This document shows positions 15,369 through 22,446 of a DNA stretch of 31,954 nt, one piece after another (the first letter of the stretch is position 1; each line of letters begins with the position of its first letter). A program made the translations under genes and the position numbers. Origin of the DNA: a virus (lineage: Duplodnaviria > Caudoviricetes). The notes beneath the pieces were generated by a model. That model had not been told where the DNA came from and did no database searches. It worked only from the letters and a program-made list of their open reading frames with translations. The stretch covers positions 1-31,954 of the IMG/VR virus record IMGVR_UViG_3300031965_000110; one strand, written 5' to 3'.

Positions 15369-17087
15369 ATGGCCACCATCACCCTCGGCCACGCCGGCCG
15401 CAAGCCGATCGTCCTCGACCTGCCGACGCTCCTCCGGACGCGGCTCCTCGTCACCGCCAACAGTGGGGGCGGGAAGAGTTGGCTCCTGCGCCGGATCGCT
15501 GAGCAGCTCTTCGGCAAGGTGCAGGTCATCCTCATCGACCCCGAGGGCGAGTTCCCGAGCCTGCGCGAGGAGTACGGCTACGTCCTGGTGGGCAAGGGCG
15601 GGGAGACGCCGGCGGACGTGCGGTCAGCGCCGCTGGTGGCGCACAAGCTCCTTGAGCTCAAGGCGTCCGCGGTCTGCGACCTGTTCGAGTTGAAGTCGAA
15701 GGACCGGCATCGCTGGGTGCGGCTCTTCCTCGAGGCGCTGATCGATGCGCCGAAGGAGCTATGGCATCCCGTCGTCGTCATCGTCGATGAGGTACAGATG
15801 TTCGCTCCGGAGAAAGGCCAGGGCGAGAGCGAAGCGGCCGAGGCCGTGATCGATCTCGCGAGCAAGGGGCGCAAGCGCGGTTACTGCGCCCTGCTGGCCA
15901 CGCAGCGCCTGAGCCGGCTCAACAAGAACGTCAGTGCGCAAATGTTGAACCGCCTGATAGGGATGCACTTCGAAGACGTCGACGTCGACCGCGCACTGGA
16001 CCTCCTGTCGATCTCGGGGAAAACTGCGCGGCTCGAGGCGGCCAAGGAGATGCGGACCTTCGAGCCGGGCACGTTCTACGCGTTCGGCCGGGCGCTCTGC
16101 TTGGAGCGGACGCTCTTCCGGGTCGGGCCCGTCGAGACCACGCACCCCGACGTCGGTGCCGAGGTCCAGGCTCCTGCTCCACCGCCGGCGCCGGAGAAGG
16201 TGAGGAAACTCCTGCCGGCGCTGGCCGATCTCCCCAAGCAGGCTGAGGACCAGGCGAAGGACATGACGTCCGCTCGGCAGCGGATCTCAGAGCTCGAGCG
16301 CGAGCTGCGGGCCCGGCCGGTCCAGATCCAGCCTGAGCGTGTTGTCGAGCGCGTGGAGATCCCGGTCTTCTCGGACGGTGAGCTGAGCCGGCTCGAGGCG
16401 GCGGCCGCTGCCCTCGTGGCCAGCGGGAAGCAGATCGCCGGCGTAGGAGTGGAGATCGGGACGGCGCTGAAGGTGCGGACCAGGCAGGAGTTCGCTTCGG
16501 CACACGGGTTGCGGGTTGTTCACCCGAGTCCGGCTCGTCCCCTGCCATCGCGTGGGCCTCGTGTCGTCGCGCCGCCAGCTGCACCCTTGCACGTTACCCG
16601 TGCAAGTGAGGAACCGGCCCTCTCGAAAGCCGAGCGCAGGATCCTCTCCGTCCTGGCGCAGTATCCCCAGGGCCGCAGCCAGACTCAGGTCGCTGTCCTG
16701 GCGTCCTACTCCTCCTCGGGAGGTGGTTTCCTGAACGCTGTCGGATCGCTGCGATCGAAGGGCTGGATCGAGGGCGCCAAGCAGCAGCTGGTGATCACCC
16801 CTGATGGCCAGGCAGCGATCGGGGACGCCTGGGAGCCTCTGCCCCCGCCCGGGCCCGAGCTCGTGGCTCACTGGTTGCGATCTTCCCTCTTTGGCAAGGC
16901 CGAGCGTCTGATCCTCCAGACCCTGGCTGACGTCTATCCCTCGACGCTCTCGAAAGAGGAGATCGCCGAGCGGACGGGCTACGTGGCCACCGGCGGCGGT
17001 TTCTTGAACGCGCTCGGCAAGCTGCGGACGTTGCAGCTGATCGACGGGAGCGCAGAACTGAAGGCGAGTGGGGATCTGTTCGAATGA
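15369..17087 (+). CDS. HerA/FtsK-superfamily (DUF87-like) ATPase with coiled coil and two C-terminal wHTH repeats
   Basis: Walker A ANSGGGKS, IDPEGEF, Walker B VVIVDE, ATQR; duplicated KAER.IL..LA..YP...GGGFLNA.G.LR...I.G. Confidence 0.8.
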   Translation: MATITLGHAGRKPIVLDLPTLLRTRLLVTANSGGGKSWLLRRIAEQLFGKVQVILIDPEGEFPSLREEYGYVLVGKGGETPADVRSAPLVAHKLLELKASAVCDLFELKSKDRHRWVRLFLEALIDAPKELWHPVVVIVDEVQMFAPEKGQGESEAAEAVIDLASKGRKRGYCALLATQRLSRLNKNVSAQMLNRLIGMHFEDVDVDRALDLLSISGKTARLEAAKEMRTFEPGTFYAFGRALCLERTLFRVGPVETTHPDVGAEVQAPAPPPAPEKVRKLLPALADLPKQAEDQAKDMTSARQRISELERELRARPVQIQPERVVERVEIPVFSDGELSRLEAAAAALVASGKQIAGVGVEIGTALKVRTRQEFASAHGLRVVHPSPARPLPSRGPRVVAPPAAPLHVTRASEEPALSKAERRILSVLAQYPQGRSQTQVAVLASYSSSGGGFLNAVGSLRSKGWIEGAKQQLVITPDGQAAIGDAWEPLPPPGPELVAHWLRSSLFGKAERLILQTLADVYPSTLSKEEIAERTGYVATGGGFLNALGKLRTLQLIDGSAELKASGDLFE

Positions 17088-17515
17088 GCGAGCTGCTGCC
17101 CGACGGCGGGGCTTGCGATCCGTGGGAAGGACTGACTGACGAGGAACGCGAGGCGGAGATCGCCAAGCTGAAGGGAGAGGGAATGAGCGATCAGACGGAA
17201 GGACTTCGGACATTCATGCGGCGCGAGTTTCAGAGGATGGCGCTGGCCCAGAAGACCGAGGAAGTGTTCGCCATCGAAGAGGCCATGACGAACTACGTCT
17301 GTCAGCAGTTGGAAGCGGCGAAGGCGCGGGAGGAGGCGCTGCGGAGCGTTGCCGAGCAGGTTGACGTTGCGATGGACGGTGCTGCTATCTATGGAGTGAA
17401 GTCCGTCCTTGCGCCTCCATACTGGCGACAATGGGTCGAGGCACATAAGGCCCTGCGCGACTATCTCAACCCGTCACGGGTCGCCTCGGAGCCGCCAGCG
17501 GAGGAGGGAACGTGA
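17084..17515 (+). CDS. Hypothetical protein (possible internal start ATG 17183 with GGAGAGGG RBS)
   Basis: 143-aa ORF coupled at both ends. Confidence 0.55.
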   Translation: MSELLPDGGACDPWEGLTDEEREAEIAKLKGEGMSDQTEGLRTFMRREFQRMALAQKTEEVFAIEEAMTNYVCQQLEAAKAREEALRSVAEQVDVAMDGAAIYGVKSVLAPPYWRQWVEAHKALRDYLNPSRVASEPPAEEGT

Positions 17516-17817
17516 GCGACGAAATCAAGGCATTCGTAATGGTACTGGCTGCGATCGCCCGAAAGCAGCAGGGCAAACCCGCGCCGATGGCCACCTGCCC
17601 GAACTGCCGCGAGCCGCTGATCGGCACCCTTCGGTTTCGGGGCAAGGAATTCGTCTGCGTGGGGTGTGGCCGGCTCTGGGGGTTCGTAGACCCAATACCG
17701 ACCGAATCTACGCCGGAGCTTGAAGCGCGTTACCGGGAGCTGAAGGCCAAGTGGGACAAGGAGCCGACAGGCGCGGCCTTAGCCGCCTCGGAGCCGCCGG
17801 GGGGGGAGGGGACGTGA
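17512..17817 (+). CDS. Zinc-ribbon protein
   Basis: CPNC...CVGC; GGAGGAGGG RBS. Confidence 0.6.
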   Translation: MSDEIKAFVMVLAAIARKQQGKPAPMATCPNCREPLIGTLRFRGKEFVCVGCGRLWGFVDPIPTESTPELEARYRELKAKWDKEPTGAALAASEPPGGEGT

Positions 17818-18353
17818 CGCCGTGTCAGCACCGCGAACTGAAGTGGAACCTCTCGGCCCAAACGAGCGTGATGGCAGTACAGACTACCGTGTGGGGCGTT
17901 GAGTGCGTCGGGTGTGGGAAGAAGTGGGACGTGGGCCAGGTCATGCAGGCCGTCGTCGATTTGGCCACCTCGCAGGAGCGGGTGCGGGAGTTGGAGGCGG
18001 GGAGCCAAAAGATGGAGCGGCTGCTGATTGCCGCGGGGGCTATTCTCGGGCACGGGACGCCGGGATCGGCGTGGGTAGATTGGAGGATGCGGGTTCAGGG
18101 CGTTCTTGGTTTGGCATTCACAGAGGGTCGTTGGGCCAATGGTGAGCCAATTCCATTTGACCAAATCCGCCGCATGGTTGAGGACATGCCGACGGTGCAT
18201 GTGAATGCTGTGCGCGCCGCCCTCCGCGGCCCATCGACCGTAGGGCACCCAGAAGCGAAGCCAGTAGGCGAAGGCGGAGTACATGGTTTGGGGAAAGGAA
18301 TGGGAGATGACCGAGATCCGAGCAGTCTACAACGTGGGGCTCCGGATGGCTGA
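17814..18353 (+). CDS. Hypothetical protein with N-terminal CxH/CxxC
   Basis: GTGA coupling, GGAGGGG RBS. Confidence 0.5.
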   Translation: MTPCQHRELKWNLSAQTSVMAVQTTVWGVECVGCGKKWDVGQVMQAVVDLATSQERVRELEAGSQKMERLLIAAGAILGHGTPGSAWVDWRMRVQGVLGLAFTEGRWANGEPIPFDQIRRMVEDMPTVHVNAVRAALRGPSTVGHPEAKPVGEGGVHGLGKGMGDDRDPSSLQRGAPDG

Positions 18354-18606
18354 CGTCGTGCTGGCGGTCCATGTTGGACGGCCCTGGCGCTGTGCCACGG
18401 GCCAGCATGTCCTGGGCCAGGTGATCCGGGTTCGCAACGTCCGCCGGCTGCACCTCGAGTCGGGGCATGTCATCACCGGGCCGGCCATGATCTACTGCCC
18501 GGACTGCTCCCAGCTGAGGGAGTGGCACGCGGGGGAAGATGGACTGAGGGAGATCCTTGAGGGAACTCGTCGCTTTCGGCGACATATCCACAACCAGGAG
18601 GCATGA
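18307..18606 (+). CDS. Zinc-ribbon protein, candidate late regulator
   Basis: WRCATGQHVLG...IYCPDCSQLREW; lies near the end of the early region; start uncertain. Confidence 0.55.
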   Translation: MTEIRAVYNVGLRMADVVLAVHVGRPWRCATGQHVLGQVIRVRNVRRLHLESGHVITGPAMIYCPDCSQLREWHAGEDGLREILEGTRRFRRHIHNQEA

Positions 18607-18610
18607 GGCA

Positions 18611-18802
18611 ATGGACGAAGGCAAGATAGAGATTGGGAAGCAGGTCAAGGACAAGGAGAGTCCCTTCTGCGGGAAGGTGGTCGGGCGAGCCGAGTACCTT
18701 TACGGCGAGCCGAGTCTGCTCGTCGCAACCGGGAATGTTGTCGACGGGCAGCGAGTCGAGAAGTGGATCCCGGAAGCGCAGGTGACAGTCCTGTCCATCT
18801 GA
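18611..18802 (+). CDS. Small SH3-like beta-barrel protein (63 aa)
   Basis: IEIGKQVKDKESPFCGKVVGRAEYLYG...KWIPEAQV pattern. Confidence 0.6.
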   Translation: MDEGKIEIGKQVKDKESPFCGKVVGRAEYLYGEPSLLVATGNVVDGQRVEKWIPEAQVTVLSI

Positions 18803-18820
18803 TTGCCCCCCAGCGCATGA

Positions 18821-18849
18821 TTGACGGGGCCTAGAGATGGGTCTAGGAT
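18821..18849 (+). promoter_or_regulatory. Putative sigma70 promoter with overlapping dyad
   Basis: TTGACG-N17-TAGGAT; CCTAGA-N6-TCTAGG at 18830-18847. Confidence 0.45.
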
Positions 18850-18856
18850 GGGGCTA

Positions 18857-19150
18857 ATGCCATCACGAGTTGGTCCTCGGTTTGGTCATCTCTTGCACTC
18901 GATGCGCCTGCTAACGGCAACGATTGCCGCGGCTTCTGAGTACGCCTACCAAACCCGAGTGCTTACTGAGAAACTTCGACGCGCAGTTGAGCTAGGGCTG
19001 GCCGACTCGATTCTCAGGGCGGATCTGGAGCAGGGCCTGGGCGACACTCAACTCGCGCACCGGATTGTTGAGCGGCTCCCTATGTGGTCAGTCCGCTGGC
19101 TTGTGCTCAGGGAGAATGACCCCGCCGATCGGGGGAGGAGGAGGTCGTGA
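18857..19150 (+). CDS. Hypothetical protein (97 aa, possibly leaderless)
   Basis: ATG begins 8 nt downstream of the last base of the -10 box; GTGA coupling to the next gene. Confidence 0.45.
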   Translation: MPSRVGPRFGHLLHSMRLLTATIAAASEYAYQTRVLTEKLRRAVELGLADSILRADLEQGLGDTQLAHRIVERLPMWSVRWLVLRENDPADRGRRRS

Positions 19151-19383
19151 TTGAGATGCAGAAACCCCCCGACCCGGGGGTGGTGCTGACGCCTGGGCAC
19201 CTTAGCAGCTTCGTTGGGATGGTTCCCGCCTTGGCTCCGTATGCTGCTGCTTGGGAGGCCGATGTGCTGAGGCTAGGGAGATGGCGCAATGCGGCTAAGA
19301 ACCTGATGGTAGCTTGTGGCTATGACCCAGCGTTGGTCGCTGCGGCTGAGGAGCCGGAGCAGGCTACTCTCCGCGGGGTCTGA
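19147..19383 (+). CDS. Hypothetical protein (78 aa)
   Basis: GGAGGAGG RBS. Confidence 0.55.
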   Translation: MIEMQKPPDPGVVLTPGHLSSFVGMVPALAPYAAAWEADVLRLGRWRNAAKNLMVACGYDPALVAAAEEPEQATLRGV

Positions 19384-19440
19384 TCCCTGGCCCCTTGCGG
19401 AGGTCACGCAAGCGGAGAGAACTGAGAAGTTCTGAGGGTT

Positions 19441-19662
19441 ATGGACCAACTGACTGTTCTTCTGGCCTACTGGCAGGCCGACAAGTGGATGCGCACGATG
19501 TCGATCCAGGGCCCGCTCCGTCTGCGTCGTGGCCGACAGTTGGCGGTGTTCGATGACTGGCTGACGGAGCGGAGGTTTTGGCCGCCAAGGGACGCACTGG
19601 ACTGGCTGACGGAGAAACGGCAGCTTGCCCCACCCCTTGCGGTGTGTGAAGCACAGGAGTAG
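19441..19662 (+). CDS. Hypothetical Trp-rich protein (73 aa)
   Basis: GAGGG RBS, ATG. Confidence 0.5.
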   Translation: MDQLTVLLAYWQADKWMRTMSIQGPLRLRRGRQLAVFDDWLTERRFWPPRDALDWLTEKRQLAPPLAVCEAQE

Positions 19663-19669
19663 ACTGACC

Positions 19670-19762
19670 ACAATCTGAGCACCCCCGCAGGTACGGGGCG
19701 GGGGCCTTGCAGGAGATGAGCGCCCTGCTGTTTCCCGGGAAACGGGGAGCAGCGGGGCGTTT
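19670..19762 (+). promoter_or_regulatory. Late-operon leader element, copy 1 (two hairpins; parS-like dyad 19730-19743 in hairpin 2)
   Basis: Homologous to 27350-27439; -10-like TAGACT at 19660-19665. Confidence 0.65.
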
Positions 19763-19769
19763 CGCGTTC

Positions 19770-20123
19770 ATGCCAACTCGGAGCTTGCGACCATGCTCAG
19801 CACCAGGATGTCCCGAGGTCATACGCAGTGGACGCTACTGTCCGAGGCACAAGCGGCTGGCGCAAGAACGCAGGGCAAAGCCCAGTGAGCAGGGATATAC
19901 GGGGAACTGGAGACGCATCCGGGCGGCGTATCTCCGAGATCATCCGTACTGTGTCGATCCCCATCTCAAGCATGCGCGTAGGCACGAGAGTGTGGCAGCC
20001 ACGATGGTGGACCACGTCGTGCCCAAGTCACAGGGCGGGACCGATGACGAGGCAAACCTGCGCGGCCTCTGCGCCTCGTGTCATGGCACACGGCACGCGA
20101 AGGACGGCGATCGGTGGGGGTAG
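19770..20123 (+). CDS. Terminase-associated HNH endonuclease (HK97 gp74-like)
   Basis: RPCSAPGCP...YCPRH, GY..NWRRIR, VDHVVP..GGTDDEANLRGLCASCH; directly upstream of terS. Confidence 0.88.
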   Translation: MPTRSLRPCSAPGCPEVIRSGRYCPRHKRLAQERRAKPSEQGYTGNWRRIRAAYLRDHPYCVDPHLKHARRHESVAATMVDHVVPKSQGGTDDEANLRGLCASCHGTRHAKDGDRWG

Positions 20124-20210
20124 GGGGCGCGCGATCTCTACCGATCGGCACTCCGGAAGCGGGCGGCAGTCACGCGCACGCGCCCGCGTAATTGGTGAAT
20201 CGTTGCGACG
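20124..20210. other. Probable cos (cohesive-end) region
   Basis: GC-rich intergenic gap between HNH and P27-type terS, where HK97-like phages place cos; exact site not determinable. Confidence 0.45.
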
Positions 20211-20678
20211 ATGAGAGGCCGCAAGCCGAAACCCACCAAGCTCAAGCGATTGGCCGGAAATCCGGGCAAGCGGCCGCTCAACGAGAACGAGGCGCGGATC
20301 CCCTTGGCGATTCCGACCTGCCCTTCGCATCTTCTCGGCGAAGGTCGGCGGGAGTGGAAGCGCATGAGCGAGGCACTCTACAGCGCGGGCCTGCTCACTG
20401 AGGTCGATCGAGCTGCCCTGGCTGGCTATTGCCAGGCCTGGGCGCGGTGGGTCAAGGCCGAGAAGGAGCTCACGAAGCGCGGCGAAGTAGTGCTGGGTGT
20501 AAACGGCACGTTCAAGGTGAGCCCGTGGCACTCCGTCGCCAAGAACGCGAAGGAGGAAATGCGGAAGTTCCTGATCGAGTTCGGCATGAGCCCTGCGAGT
20601 CGATCTCGGGTGAAGGCAGCCGACATGGAGCAGGGCACGCTGGCCGATTGGCTCTTTGCGAAGGCGAAGACTGGATGA
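20211..20678 (+). CDS. terS: Terminase small subunit, P27 family
   Basis: MRGRKPKPTKLKRLAGNPGKRPLN...LAGYCQAW...EFGMSPASRSR. Confidence 0.95.
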   Translation: MRGRKPKPTKLKRLAGNPGKRPLNENEARIPLAIPTCPSHLLGEGRREWKRMSEALYSAGLLTEVDRAALAGYCQAWARWVKAEKELTKRGEVVLGVNGTFKVSPWHSVAKNAKEEMRKFLIEFGMSPASRSRVKAADMEQGTLADWLFAKAKTG

Positions 20679-22252
20679 CGAAGAGTAACGGCCGCAAGAA
20701 GTCGGCCGAGTTCACCTTCGATGAGCACGCTGCCGACCTGGCGGTGATGTTCTTTGAGAAGCTCCTCGTTCACGTGAAGGGCGAGTGGGCGGGCGAGCCC
20801 TTCATTCTGCAAGACTGGCAGCGCGACGAGATCATCCGCCCGCTCTTCGGGTGGAAGAAGAAAGACGGCACGCGCCGATATCGGCGCGCCTACATCGAGC
20901 TTCCTCGGGGGAACGGCAAGTCAACTCTCGTGGCTGGGATCGCCCTCTTGCTTGTCTTCGTCGACGATGAGCCAGGGGCCGAAGTGTACGGCGCGGCCTC
21001 CGATCGGGACCAGGCGGCGATCGTGTTCGATCTGGCCAAGCAGATGGTGGAGGCTTCGCCCGCTCTCAGCCAACGCGCCGAAACCTTCAAGCGCTCAGTC
21101 GTTGTTCCCGCGAGCTCGAGCGTCTATCGGGTCCTGAGCGCGGACGTCAAGACGAAGCATGGGTTCAACGCTCATGGTGTGATCGCTGATGAGCTGCACG
21201 CCTGGCCGAGCCGCGAGCTGTTTGATGTCCTGACGACCGGCACGCGCTCCCGCCGGCAGCCGTTGGTGGTGTCGATCACCACGGCCGGCTACGACCGCGA
21301 AAGCATCTGCTGGGAGCAGCACCAGTACGCCCGCCAGGTCCTGGAAGGGATCATCGTCGACGATGAGTTTTTCGCCTACATCCGGGCGGCCGATGAAGAC
21401 GACGACTGGACCGATCCGAAGATCTGGCGCAAGGCGAACCCAGGCCTGGGCGTAACGGTGAAAGAGGACTACATCGCGGCCGAGTGCAAGCGGGCCCAGC
21501 TGACCCCCGCGTACGAGAACACCTTCCGCCGGCTGCACCTCGATCAGTGGACCCAGCAGGAGACTCGGTGGCTGCCGCTCGAGGCGTGGGACGACTGCGA
21601 TGGGGAGGTCGACGAGGAGGAGCTCACTGGCATACCTTGCTACGGTGGGCTCGACCTGGCCAGCACGGTCGACATCGCATCGCTCATCCTGGACTTCCCG
21701 ACGGATGATCCCGAGCTGCACATCCTTCTGCCGCGCTTCTGGATCCCCGAGGCCAACATGGTCGAGCGGGCCCTGAGAGATCGGGTCCCTTACGACGCCT
21801 GGGTGCGCCAGGGTTTCATCAAGGCGACGCCTGGCAACGTGATCGACTACGCCCAGATCGTCGCTGACATCATCGAGCTGGGGAAGCGCTTCAACATCCG
21901 GGAGATCGCCTTCGATCGATGGGGTGCCTTCCAGCTGCAGCAGCAGCTCGAGGGCGCCGGGTTCACGATGATCGCCTTCGGCCAGGGCTTCGCTTCGATG
22001 AGCGGCCCGACGAAGGAGCTCCTACGCTTGGTCCTCGACGGGAAGGTGGCCCACGGAGGGAACCCCGTGCTGCGTTGGATGGCGGACAATGTGATGGTCA
22101 CAACGGATCCCGCCGGCAATCTCAAGCCCGACAAGAAGAAGAGCCGAGAGAAGATCGATGGGATCGTGGCCTCCATCATGGGGCTCGACCGCGCGCAGCG
22201 GCACGGTGAAGGCGATTCGATCTATGAGCAGCAGGGGCTCATGTTCACGTGA
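20675..22252 (+). CDS. terL: Terminase large subunit
   Basis: Walker A PRGNGKS, Walker B VIADE, ITTAG, nuclease GLDLAS and KIDG motifs; ATG 20675 overlaps the terS stop. Confidence 0.97.
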   Translation: MTKSNGRKKSAEFTFDEHAADLAVMFFEKLLVHVKGEWAGEPFILQDWQRDEIIRPLFGWKKKDGTRRYRRAYIELPRGNGKSTLVAGIALLLVFVDDEPGAEVYGAASDRDQAAIVFDLAKQMVEASPALSQRAETFKRSVVVPASSSVYRVLSADVKTKHGFNAHGVIADELHAWPSRELFDVLTTGTRSRRQPLVVSITTAGYDRESICWEQHQYARQVLEGIIVDDEFFAYIRAADEDDDWTDPKIWRKANPGLGVTVKEDYIAAECKRAQLTPAYENTFRRLHLDQWTQQETRWLPLEAWDDCDGEVDEEELTGIPCYGGLDLASTVDIASLILDFPTDDPELHILLPRFWIPEANMVERALRDRVPYDAWVRQGFIKATPGNVIDYAQIVADIIELGKRFNIREIAFDRWGAFQLQQQLEGAGFTMIAFGQGFASMSGPTKELLRLVLDGKVAHGGNPVLRWMADNVMVTTDPAGNLKPDKKKSREKIDGIVASIMGLDRAQRHGEGDSIYEQQGLMFT

Positions 22253-22446
22253 CCACGGCGAAGCCTCCCGCGCCGAAGCCGCACAGGCTTACCACCGCGC
22301 CCAACGGGGCTGATCTCCTCTTCATCGTCGGTTTCGTCGCGCTCGTTGCCGGAATTGCCCTGTTGGGCGGCCCTGCCTGGGCTCTGGTTGTCGCCGGCGG
22401 CTTGCTCTTGAGCGTCGGGATCGTCGCGGCATGGAGGCGTAGCTGA
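22249..22446 (+). CDS. Small two-TM protein between terL and portal
   Basis: 65 aa with two hydrophobic helices, coupled at both ends. Confidence 0.65.
   Translation: MTTAKPPAPKPHRLTTAPNGADLLFIVGFVALVAGIALLGGPAWALVVAGGLLLSVGIVAAWRRS

Noticed and set aside
20429-20674. N-terminal extension of terL as listed in the ORF track (similarly 28058 for the capsid and 30383 for the 124-aa gene)
   Set aside because: Overlaps the upstream gene; downstream coupled starts or RBS-supported ATGs are more plausible.
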